NCBI GenBank assembly: GCA_002778645.1
Contig: PFAQ01000017.1
Span: 1-31,603, forward strand
DNA length: 31,603 bases
Reading direction: 5' to 3'
DNA from: Candidatus Falkowbacteria bacterium CG10_big_fil_rev_8_21_14_0_10_39_9
GTDB taxonomy: Bacteria; Patescibacteriota; Patescibacteriia; Patescibacteriales; UBA12465
The notes beneath the pieces are model-generated. The model had not been told where the DNA came from. It made no database searches and saw only the letters and a program-made list of their open reading frames with translations. The translations under genes and the position numbers were made by a program. This document shows positions 1 through 8,108 of this stretch, one piece after another; positions within the stretch are counted from its first letter, which is position 1, and every line of letters starts with the position of its first letter.

Positions 1-360
1 TCTTTGGTATTTATATTAGGCTTATTCTTCAGTTCTAAGCCAGTTTCGGCTATGCCCCTGGGAACATTATTGTATCGGACTTCCTGGCGAAATAATGCTT
101 ATGGTTATACCTCTAAGGATTTGTTTGTCATTGGTCAAAAGGGACTCATTACCGATATTTATAGCGGCCATGTGGGAATTTATATTGGTCATGAGAATGG
201 GGTAGACTATGTAGCCGAGGCTTTGCCCAGTGGTTTAGTTAAAACTCAGGCGAAATATTTTTTGAATACTCGAGCGGGAGAAAAATTGATTGGAGCCAAG
301 ATCCCTAAAATATTACTGAAGAACAGCGCGAAAATGTGGTGGCTCTGGCCCGGAGCTTGA
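1..360 (+). pseudogene. N-terminal fragment (open at window edge) of a secreted permuted papain-like amidase (YiiX/YebB-like NlpC/P60), His-containing half; frameshifted at ~307-310
   Basis: Signal-peptide-like start (..FFSSKPVSA|MP), then GHVGIYIG and YVAEALPSGLV, the His half of permuted NlpC/P60. Adding one A to the A4 run at 307-310 gives IPKNITEEQRENVVALARSLT and joins ORF 336..1220. Confidence 0.7.
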
Positions 361-1220
361 CGGACGCTAAGATGAAATATGATTTTGATTTTAGACATCA
401 GAAAGGGGCGGAGAGCGGGCAATGGGTTTGTGTGGGTTTTACCGAAAAACTTTATGAAAGCGCTAATACGACCAACCCCGGAGATCTAAATACTTTGGTT
501 TATAATCCGAATGAGTATGCGGTAGATATTACGCCCGATGGTTTTGATAATTATAGCACCTACAATTCTTCCGGTGATTGTTTTGCTACCACTAAAGAAT
601 TTTCCAAGATTGCGCGTCGACCTAACTTGTTATTACCCGCCCCGGAGATTATTGGTTATAACGCTGGTGTGGAAAATGGTTTAGATCACTATTTATTTTT
701 GCCCATGACTCAATTTTTACAGGGAACGTTAGAGGATGTAGCAGTAGATATTAATTTGGAAAGTGATTTTGAAGATGAAGAAATTCGGGGGCGAACACCT
801 CAGGTCGCTTTAATCTTCAAGTGGAGTTTGATTAATAATCCCAGTTCTAGTTTGCGTCAGATAGCAACGATTGTAAAAGATAAAATTTCTACTCTATTTA
901 AAAAGCCAACTGCTTTGGCGGTTTCAGTGTCAGATGGTAATAAATCTACCTCAGTTAAAAAGCCGGTTGCTACCACTAAGGCTAAAATAACAAAAGCTAT
1001 TACTGCCAAGACTACGAAATCTAAAGCGACTAAGGCGGTCAAAACCAAGGTTGGTTCTGTAGTCAAAACTGTTGCTAGTAAAACTACTCCAACTGCTAAA
1101 ATTAGCACTAGTTCGACTAAGGTTTTAGCTAAGACAACGGCGAGTATTAAAAAGCCGGTGGTTTCTATTCCTAAAACGGCAAGACCAGTGACCAAACCAG
1201 TAGTAACTCCTCTCCTTTAA
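336..1220 (+). pseudogene. Second fragment: Cys half of the permuted amidase followed by a Lys/Thr/Ala-rich low-complexity linker
   Basis: KYDFDF...QWVCVGFTEKLYE matches the 'YDF...YCSEL..AY' Cys motif of permuted papain-like amidases. The last ~95 aa are K/T/A/V/P-rich. Confidence 0.65.
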
Positions 1221-1228
1221 AATGGAAA

Positions 1229-3613
1229 GAAAAATCCAAGACTGCCATTGATCCCAGAATCATGATTCGCTTTGGTAATGAGAGTGATGGTAGTTATCCG
1301 GGAGGAGCGGAAATATTGGGTGAGGGGTCATATCTGGTAGTAGATGATGAGGCTAGCGCCGAACTAAAAGCTCTGGCTGATGCGATTGTCACTAATACTA
1401 ATTTTTCTTGGGGTAAGGATGGCTATACAATTTATTTAGGATCAGGAGCAATCAGTGGTAGCGCCGATCCGGATATTGTGGATTATATTGGTTTCGGACC
1501 AGAGGCTAAATATTATGAAGGAGCAAGTCCCGCTCCAGCTTTTGCTCCCAGTTCAATCCTAATTCGCAAAGCCAATGCCCAGTCAACGGTGACTAGTTTG
1601 AGCGCCGGTGGTAGTGATGAGTTGGCGGGGCATAATTATGATACTAATAATAATCAAGCTGACTTTGTTTTGTTGATTCTAAATCCTGATCCAGTTATTC
1701 CTGATGATGATGAGGGGAATGGTGGAGGTGATGATAATCCGGCAACCTCCACTGAAGTGGTGGTGAGCTCTACTCCTAAAATTGTAATTTCTCGGGTGGC
1801 AGCTACTGGTGATGATGATTGGATAGATTTGTATAATAATAGCGATACTGATTTTGATTTAGCAGTAAATAATTATCATCTAGAAAAATCTAAGAGTGCG
1901 GTTGATCCGGTTATTATTATGCGTTTCGGTAATGAGAGCGATGGTACTTATCCGAGGGGGACGATTATTAAAGCTCGATCATATTATCGCGTTGTTCGCG
2001 ATGAGGCCAGCGTTGAGATTAAAGCTACGGCTGATGCCATAGCTTCCGGTAATAATTTTACCTTTGATGGTTCTGGCTATACTTTGTATTTAGGTTTAGA
2101 TAGTATTAGTGCTCCGGACGATGCTGATATTATTGATTTAGTTGGATTCGGGGTGGATGCAGTTTATTACGAGGGGTCGGGACCAGCTCCAGAGATTTTA
2201 GATCAGGGCTTTTTATCCAGAAAGGTAAGCGCTACTTCAACTCGGGAAACCTTGTCTGAAAATGGCCTAGAGTTTGATTTGGGGGCGGCCTATGACAGCA
2301 ATGATAATCAGTTCGATTTCGTGTTAATAGGCTCTGTAGTGGGGCCTGTAGAGCCTAATAATGGCTATAATTCACCCGGTTTAGCTCATCTGTGGCACTT
2401 TAACGAGTGTCGAGGTAATATTCTTAAAGATTCTGTTGGGACTAATGATTTCAACTATCCGGCTACGTGGCGAGTCGGGAAATGGGGTTGCGCCTTGGAG
2501 CAATATTATGCTTATCCTAAGTTGCAAACCAATTTTAACCAACCTCTAAATAGCGCTGGTGTATCGATTTTGTTTAATTATCAAAATACTTCGGCTTCAG
2601 GGAAAACCAGTATTTATTTGGCTGGTCCGGCCGGAGGGGTTGAGGTCGTGTTTGATCCTAATTTTACTCGAGTCAATGGTTTGCCAACTTTGTTTTATTC
2701 TAGTGATATTAAATGGCCCAGGGACAGTGTCTGGCATCAGGGGGTGTTGGTGATTAATGGCACTTCAGACTATTGGGAGCTTTATTTAGACGGAGAACGA
2801 GTTTACCAAGAATATTTTGAGGCAATTTTTTCTAAAGATTTTGCTCGGTTAGAAATTGGCAATAGCGATGGTTATAATTACTTGGATGAAGTGGGTATCT
2901 GGTCCAGGGCTTTGAGTGGGGCGGAAATAAAAAATATTTTTTTATCTCAATCGGAGTTAGCCCCAACCCTTAATCGATCAGCCCAATTGGCACCGGTAGA
3001 GATACATCATTGGAGTTTTGATGAGCGCAGTGGTAATTTGGCTCTGGATGATATTGCTAGCAGTAGTTTGTTTATAGATAGTAGTCAATGGGTGAGACTG
3101 GGGCATCAAGGACCGGCTATTTTGCATAACATGTATGCTAATCGAAAAATGGAGTTGAATTTTTCTCAGGAAATAAAAGAGATGGATTTAAGTTTAGATT
3201 TTTGGTGGTGCCTCCGGAATGATGGCGGCGGGCAGAGCGGGAAAATTAGTTTACTGGTGGCGGATAATAAGGCAATGTTTGCCTTGGTGGCTAGTGCCTA
3301 TCGTCCTAAGTATTATTTTAATAGCAATTCTGGAATTATTAGCGAAGGTTTTGGATTAACCCTACCGCACGATAGTGCTTGGCACCATTTAGTTTTAGTT
3401 TATGATTCTTATGAGTATAAATTAAATTTTTATGTTGATGGCGAATTAAAATATAGCACGCCGCAAACCTGGTTGTTAGATGAGGCGATTAAAAAGATGG
3501 AAATTTATAATGCCAATTGGGAATATGAAATTGATGATTTAAGTATTTGGCGCGGAGCCTTGAAGGCTCAACAAGTAAAAACTATTTACCAAAATGAAAC
3601 AGGTGGTAATTAA
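1229..3613 (+). CDS. Surface protein part: two lamin-tail-domain-like repeats plus two LamG/concanavalin A-like domains (ORF track start 1262; homology begins at 1229)
   Basis: Internal duplication 1229-1675 vs 1883-2329 (EKSKTAIDPRIMIRFGNESDG vs EKSKSAVDPVIIMRFGNESDG ... NNQADFVL vs DNQFDFVL). LTD-like IVISRV...DWIDLYN. Two LamG-like units (LWHFNE...WHQGVLV...LYLDG...LDEVGIWSRAL; HWSFDE...WHHLVLVYD...FYVDG...IDDLSIWRGAL). Confidence 0.75.
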   Translation, partial: EKSKTAIDPRIMIRFGNESDGSYPGGAEILGEGSYLVVDDEASAELKALADAIVTNTNFSWGKDGYTIYLGSGAISGSADPDIVDYIGFGPEAKYYEGASPAPAFAPSSILIRKANAQSTVTSLSAGGSDELAGHNYDTNNNQADFVLLILNPDPVIPDDDEGNGGGDDNPATSTEVVVSSTPKIVISRVAATGDDDWIDLYNNSDTDFDLAVNNYHLEKSKSAVDPVIIMRFGNESDGTYPRGTIIKARSYYRVVRDEASVEIKATADAIASGNNFTFDGSGYTLYLGLDSISAPDDADIIDLVGFGVDAVYYEGSGPAPEILDQGFLSRKVSATSTRETLSENGLEFDLGAAYDSNDNQFDFVLIGSVVGPVEPNNGYNSPGLAHLWHFNECRGNILKDSVGTNDFNYPATWRVGKWGCALEQYYAYPKLQTNFNQPLNSAGVSILFNYQNTSASGKTSIYLAGPAGGVEVVFDPNFTRVNGLPTLFYSSDIKWPRDSVWHQGVLVINGTSDYWELYLDGERVYQEYFEAIFSKDFARLEIGNSDGYNYLDEVGIWSRALSGAEIKNIFLSQSELAPTLNRSAQLAPVEIHHWSFDERSGNLALDDIASSSLFIDSSQWVRLGHQGPAILHNMYANRKMELNFSQEIKEMDLSLDFWWCLRNDGGGQSGKISLLVADNKAMFALVASAYRPKYYFNSNSGIISEGFGLTLPHDSAWHHLVLVYDSYEYKLNFYVDGELKYSTPQTWLLDEAIKKMEIYNANWEYEIDDLSIWRGALKAQQVKTIYQNETGGN

Positions 3614-3636
3614 TTTTACTCTAGCCAGAAATTAAA

Positions 3637-3676
3637 ATATGTAAAAACCCTCTAGTGTTAGAGGGTTTTTACATAT
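3637..3676. terminator. Bidirectional intrinsic terminator between convergent genes
   Basis: Perfect 18-bp inverted repeat atatgtaaaaaccctcta-gtgt-tagagggtttttacatat. Confidence 0.9.
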
Positions 3677-3697
3677 GCTTAGCTTTTTTAATTTAAT

Positions 3698-4603
3698 CTA
3701 TTTCTCCAGTAATTTTAATGCTTTAGCCAGGGAGCAGTCATGGTAGATAATTCCAGCAATGGCTCGGGCCAGTCTAACGGCGTCTGGAAGCGAATATTGG
3801 TGTAAGTTGCGACCCACGGCATTACCGGCAGTTTGAGCGATGTGAATTTGTTGATCAATATTTTTTAATAATTCTTCGGGACTCAATCTGGAACCACCTA
3901 CACAAATAACTTTAGTGTGACCGGCAGCGGCCACCACTGTTTTAAATTCCTTGGCAGTTTCTTCTTCTCCGGTATAAGGATATTTTACTTTGACGAAATC
4001 GGACCCCAGACAGGCGGCAACTCCAGCTCCGCCCGCAATAATATTAATATCATCTTCGTTAGGAATACTTTTGCCGCGCGGATACATCCAGATAATAGCT
4101 AGAAGTCCTTGGGCATGAGCATCTTTAATGATTTGAGCCGCTTCTCTTAATATCTCTGATTCATATTCACCGCCCAGGTAAACTGTATAACCAATGCCAA
4201 CAATATTGAGCTTACTTTGTTTCTTAAAATTTTTAACATCCTCTAAACTATACCAGCCATAGCTAACCGGATCATGATCTTTAATAGAAACCAGATTGGT
4301 GCGGGAGTTTAATTTCACAACATAAGGGATGTTTTTATAATCTGAACCGTACTTATCGATCAGTCCTAGTTGAGTCGCAAAAACACCAATTTCGGCTTGA
4401 TTGGCAATTTTAAATAAATGTTCCGGGTCCTGGTCTTCGATGGAAATATCATCCCCCTTAAAGTCATTGTTTAGGTGTTCCACTTTTTGGTCACCCGCGA
4501 AGAGAAATAATCGCCCCGTATCCTTGGTGGCCAAACGATAGTTTTTGGTATATTCTCTGGCTAAAGCGGTCGGGACGGTTAAGGGCACATTAACTTCGAT
4601 CAT
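3698..4603 (-). CDS. Class I (DhnA-type) fructose-bisphosphate aldolase family protein
   Basis: Motifs FAGDQKVEH, VKLNSRTNL, IIWMYPRG, LGSDFVKVKY (Schiff-base Lys) and GNAVGRN. Confidence 0.88.
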   Translation of the reverse strand: MIEVNVPLTVPTALAREYTKNYRLATKDTGRLFLFAGDQKVEHLNNDFKGDDISIEDQDPEHLFKIANQAEIGVFATQLGLIDKYGSDYKNIPYVVKLNSRTNLVSIKDHDPVSYGWYSLEDVKNFKKQSKLNIVGIGYTVYLGGEYESEILREAAQIIKDAHAQGLLAIIWMYPRGKSIPNEDDINIIAGGAGVAACLGSDFVKVKYPYTGEEETAKEFKTVVAAAGHTKVICVGGSRLSPEELLKNIDQQIHIAQTAGNAVGRNLHQYSLPDAVRLARAIAGIIYHDCSLAKALKLLEK

Positions 4604-4628
4604 AGTATTATTTTAATAATTATATTTA

Positions 4629-4650
4629 TTATGCTATAATTATACCATAA
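4629..4650. promoter_or_regulatory. Bidirectional promoter: two overlapping extended -10 elements
   Basis: TGCTATAAT on + (4632-4640) and TGGTATAAT on - (4647-4639), in the 63-bp gap between divergent genes. Confidence 0.75.
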
Positions 4651-4666
4651 TTAGTTAAATAATCAT

Positions 4667-5575
4667 ATGGCGCAAAATAATCTAAATAAAAAACTAGGCC
4701 TTAATCGTTATCAGGATCCGGGGGGAATTACTACCAAAAAATTGAATTTAGGTTTGTGGATCGTATCGCATAAACGGCAGTTTATATTGGGTGTGACTGG
4801 AGTTTTAATTGCTCTCTCGGTAGTTTTTTATGATTACTCCATTTATAGTTATATCGATTATTTATATTTCGGCGGGAAAGCAGAGCGGCTAGCTATAGAA
4901 CAAATGGCGACAGTCTCAGCAGTTGATGAGGTTCAAAGAATCAAGAACGCGGCCAAGAAATTGGAAGAGTCATCACCTCAGGTTTTTTTGAATAATGATA
5001 AGTATGATTTTTTGGCCAAGATTAAAAATCCTAATACTAATTTTTTCGCTAATTTTAATTATTGTTTTAACGACGGTAGCGTTGAATTGGCTTGTGGCTC
5101 TACTTTTATTCTACCAGACGAAACTAAATATGTGACGATTTTTTCTAATGAATTAAAATTTAAACCGGTTAATTTGAGTATTGTTATCAAGGATGTCACT
5201 TGGCAACGTTTAGACCTCCATAAATATCCGGATTGGAAAGGTTATTCCACTAGTCATTTAAATTTTATAGTCGAAAACGCTGCTTTTAAGACCTCGGAGA
5301 CCAGTGGTTTATCAGAAAAAATTGGTTTAGATATTTTAGATTTTGATATTACTAATCAAACGGCTTATAATTATTGGGAAGTGCCGGTCAGTATTATATT
5401 AATGGCTAGTGGCAATCCGGTGGCTGTGAATCATTATTCTTTGAGTGAATTTATTTCAGGTAGTAAGAGGTCGGTTCATTTGTCCTGGCCGGATTCCATC
5501 CCGAAACCGGATCAGATCACGGTTGTCCCTAATTTGAATATTTTGGATGATAATATTTTCATGAAGTATCAATAG
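4667..5575 (+). CDS. Hypothetical single-pass membrane protein
   Basis: 302 aa ORF with one N-terminal hydrophobic segment (FILGVTGVLIALSVVFY) and a beta-rich remainder. No family recognised. Confidence 0.75.
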   Translation: MAQNNLNKKLGLNRYQDPGGITTKKLNLGLWIVSHKRQFILGVTGVLIALSVVFYDYSIYSYIDYLYFGGKAERLAIEQMATVSAVDEVQRIKNAAKKLEESSPQVFLNNDKYDFLAKIKNPNTNFFANFNYCFNDGSVELACGSTFILPDETKYVTIFSNELKFKPVNLSIVIKDVTWQRLDLHKYPDWKGYSTSHLNFIVENAAFKTSETSGLSEKIGLDILDFDITNQTAYNYWEVPVSIILMASGNPVAVNHYSLSEFISGSKRSVHLSWPDSIPKPDQITVVPNLNILDDNIFMKYQ

Positions 5576-5593
5576 AGTTTTTAGGTTTAATTT

Positions 5594-5617
5594 AAACCCC
5601 TTGATTAGTGGGTTTTT
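5594..5617 (+). terminator. Possible weak terminator/attenuator before rodA
   Basis: aaaccc...gggttt stem followed by a T-run. Confidence 0.4.
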
Positions 5618-5629
5618 GTTTATAAATTT

Positions 5630-6730
5630 ATGCTCAGTCGAGTTAAACTATATTTGAAGAATTTGGATTGGTTGCTGTTTATCTCAGTCTTACTGTTGGC
5701 GATCTTTGGTTTGATCGAAATCTATAGTATTGCCCTGGGTCAAGGCAGTGCTAATTTTACTGATTTTAGAAAACAGATTTTTTTTATTATTTTGGGTGTT
5801 GGCTTATTATTAGCTTTTTCTTTTATTGATTTTCAGTTTTTAAAGAGTATTAACCGCTATCTGTATATTGGCGGCATATTATTTCTAACGGCAGTTTTGC
5901 TGGTGGGCGATACTATTAAGGGAACTAAGGGTTGGTTTAATATTATGGGCCTGGGTATTCAGCCGGTAGAAATAGTCAAAATCATTTTGATAATTTTTTT
6001 GGCTCGGCTATTTTCCACGGCCGCTTTTAAAACTCGACCGCTCAAATATTTTATTATTTCCGGCTTGAGCACCTTTGGCCTAGCGGCTCTGGTTTTGGCT
6101 CAGCCAGATTTTGGTTCAGCTCTAATTTTATCTTTCATTTGGATCTTCATGTTGATTGTCGCTGGGTTTGATAAGAAGTATTTTATCGTTATTTTTCTAG
6201 TTTCGGTGGTAATTTTTGCTAGCGCCTGGTTGTTCTTCTTTAAGGATTATCAAAAAGAGAGAATTTTGACCTTTTTAAACCCAACCTATAACTCCCTTAA
6301 CCAGGGTTATAATATTTCTCAGGCGATAATTGCTGTCGGTTCGGGGGGGCTGACTGGTCGCGGGGTAGGTTTTGGTTCGCAGTCTCAGTTGAAGTTTTTG
6401 CCAGAGTCACATACTGACTTTATTTTTGCCGTTATTGCAGAAGAACTGGGATTTATGGGAATTGTGCTATTATTGGTGTTTTATGGGCTGTTTTTCTTCT
6501 CGGGGCTAACGGCTATCCGCAAAAGTAAAGATGATTTTGCCATTTTTTTCATTTTGGGGTCACTGGGCTTGATTTTTATTGAAATGTTTATTAATATTGG
6601 TATGAATATTGGGCTCATGCCCGTGGTCGGTATTTCTTTGCCCTTTATCAGTTATGGTGGCAGCTCGATTGTTGCCAGCTCTATACTGATAGGTATTATT
6701 CAAAATATTATCATTAAGTCTAAGATTTAA
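5630..6730 (+). CDS. rodA: Rod shape-determining SEDS glycosyltransferase RodA (FtsW/RodA/SpoVE family)
   Basis: Multi-TM protein with IQPVEIVK, QPDFGSA, GSQSQLKFLPESHTDFIFAVIAEELG and LPFISYGGSS. Confidence 0.88.
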   Translation: MLSRVKLYLKNLDWLLFISVLLLAIFGLIEIYSIALGQGSANFTDFRKQIFFIILGVGLLLAFSFIDFQFLKSINRYLYIGGILFLTAVLLVGDTIKGTKGWFNIMGLGIQPVEIVKIILIIFLARLFSTAAFKTRPLKYFIISGLSTFGLAALVLAQPDFGSALILSFIWIFMLIVAGFDKKYFIVIFLVSVVIFASAWLFFFKDYQKERILTFLNPTYNSLNQGYNISQAIIAVGSGGLTGRGVGFGSQSQLKFLPESHTDFIFAVIAEELGFMGIVLLLVFYGLFFFSGLTAIRKSKDDFAIFFILGSLGLIFIEMFINIGMNIGLMPVVGISLPFISYGGSSIVASSILIGIIQNIIIKSKI

Positions 6731-6736
6731 AATCGT

Positions 6737-7384
6737 ATGGAAATCAAATTAACAGCGCAAGCTAGAGAGCTCAAGGAGAAATTAGCCAAAGATGTTATTC
6801 CGGCAGTTTTGTACGGACCAGGTTTAGCTAATTTAAATTTAAAATTAAGAAGAGTTGATTTAGAAAAAGCCGTGGCTGCCGGTGGTGAGTCAGCTTTGGT
6901 GGACCTAGAAATTGATGGAGGAAAGTCAGTTAAGGTTTTATTGAAAGACATTCAATTCCATCCTTTGAAGAATAATGTAGCTCAACACGTTGATCTTTAT
7001 CAGGTTGATATGAAGAAGAAGATTACCACTGAAATTCCAGTTCACTTTGTGGGTGAGTCTCGAGCCGTGAAGGAATTGGGTGGTATGTTAATCAAGACTA
7101 TGGACGCTATTGAAGTGGAATGTTTACCAACTGACTTAGTTGGTCACATTGATATTGATTTGTCAGTCTTGAAAGAAATTCATGATTCAGTGAAGGTGAG
7201 CGATTTGAAATTGGGTGCTGGTATTCACATCTTAAACGATATGGATGCTGATGTGGTAACTGTGGCCGAACAGCAAGTAGAGGAAGTAATTCCAGTTGTC
7301 GCTCCGGTCGAAGCTACTCCAGCTGTCGCTGCCACCAAAGAAGGTGCTACTCCAGCTACTGACGCCAAGAAGGATAAGAAATAA
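6737..7384 (+). CDS. rplY: 50S ribosomal protein bL25 / Ctc (long form)
   Basis: IPAVLYG, KDIQFHP...HVDLY, EIPVHFVGES..VKELGG, IEVECLPTDL and an acidic/Ala C-tail. Confidence 0.95.
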   Translation: MEIKLTAQARELKEKLAKDVIPAVLYGPGLANLNLKLRRVDLEKAVAAGGESALVDLEIDGGKSVKVLLKDIQFHPLKNNVAQHVDLYQVDMKKKITTEIPVHFVGESRAVKELGGMLIKTMDAIEVECLPTDLVGHIDIDLSVLKEIHDSVKVSDLKLGAGIHILNDMDADVVTVAEQQVEEVIPVVAPVEATPAVAATKEGATPATDAKKDKK

Positions 7385-7401
7385 TATTGATCTCATTTAT
7401 G

Positions 7402-7430
7402 AAAAACGCACCTATCTGGGTGCGTTTTTT
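7402..7430 (+). terminator. Intrinsic terminator after rplY
   Basis: aaaaacgcacc-tatctg-ggtgcgtttttt. Confidence 0.85.
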
Positions 7431-7444
7431 GGTTGACTGGGGTC

Positions 7445-7473
7445 TTGACGAGGTTATTATTTAGGTATATACT
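7445..7473 (+). promoter_or_regulatory. Sigma70-type promoter of the TA operon
   Basis: TTGACG (7445-7450), 17 bp, TATACT (7468-7473). Confidence 0.8.
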
Positions 7474-7476
7474 ATG

Positions 7477-7493
7477 TGTATATAATATATACA
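7477..7493. promoter_or_regulatory. Palindromic operator, probable TA autorepression site
   Basis: TGTATATA-A-TATATACA inverted repeat over the predicted transcription start. Confidence 0.6.
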
Positions 7494-7508
7494 TTAAATT
7501 ATAAATCT

Positions 7509-7784
7509 ATGAACTCGGCAGTTATTAACATCAAAACAGATATTAAGATTAAAAAAGAAGCTCAAAAGATAACTTCTGATTTGGGTTTGAGTTTGAGTGG
7601 TGCTATCAATGGTTTTCTTAAACAACTTATTCGGGATAAGACAGTTTTATTTTCTTTAAATGAAAATGTCCCTAGTGCTTATTTACTATCCTCTATTAAA
7701 GAGTCGGAATCAGAGAGGAAAAAAGGTAATTTTCATTCTTTTAAAAATAGTCAAGAGTCTGTTAGTTTCTTGGATGGTAAATAA
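7509..7784 (+). CDS. RelB/DinJ-family antitoxin (ATG at 7509 preferred over GTG 7476)
   Basis: VINIKTDIKIKKEAQKITSDLGLSLSGAINGFLKQLIRDK..F is the RelB/DinJ ribbon-helix-helix pattern. Confidence 0.85.
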   Translation: MNSAVINIKTDIKIKKEAQKITSDLGLSLSGAINGFLKQLIRDKTVLFSLNENVPSAYLLSSIKESESERKKGNFHSFKNSQESVSFLDGK

Positions 7785-7787
7785 TTT

Positions 7788-8051
7788 ATGCAGATTGAGT
7801 ACTCTAAAAAATTTATTAAATAATTCAAAAAATGCCCCAGTCACATAAAAACTAATTTCAAAAACAGATTGAATGTTTTTATCGATGACTAACATCACCC
7901 CATTTTAAATAATCATTCTTTGGTGGGCGAATTAAGAGGCTATCGCAGTATCAATATTACGGGTGATTGGCGAGCTATTTTTATGGAAATTGATGGAGGA
8001 AAAATTATCTATTTTGTAGCTATCGGTACTCATAGTCAATTATATCTCTAA
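7788..8051 (+). pseudogene. YafQ/RelE-family mRNA interferase toxin with two in-frame TAA codons (7821-7823, 7890-7892); absent from the ORF track
   Basis: Manual translation: MQIEYSKKFIK*FKKCPSHIKTNFKNRLNVFIDD*HHPILNNHSLVGELRGYRSINITGDWRAIFMEIDGGKIIYFVAIGTHSQLYL*. It has the H.L.G...GYRS.NITGDWR and IGTHSQLY motifs and starts 3 nt after the antitoxin stop. Confidence 0.88.
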
Positions 8052-8071
8052 CTTATAATCTTCTTGAAAAC

Positions 8072-8099
8072 AAAAAAGTAGCTATTAGGCTACTTTTTT
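8072..8099. terminator. Bidirectional terminator between the TA operon and prmC
   Basis: aaaaaagtagc-tattag-gctactttttt. Confidence 0.85.
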
Positions 8100-8108
8100 A
8101 GTGTTTGA

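Noticed and set aside
857-1195. 112-aa hydrophobic minus-strand ORF
   Set aside because: It is the mirror of the K/T/A-rich linker codons on the opposite strand (shadow ORF).
1210-1225. Programmed frameshift at CTT-TAA / TTTAAAA joining ORFs 336 and 1262
   Set aside because: The heptamer is phased in the downstream frame, not the upstream one. The prfB-type shift is +1 whereas -1 is needed, and a shift would not restore the missing 35 aa.
7788-8051. TAA reassignment to a sense codon as the explanation for the toxin stops
   Set aside because: Core genes (rodA, rplY, rpsB, tsf, gap) end in TAA at their expected C-termini, several followed by terminators, and no other gene has internal TAA.
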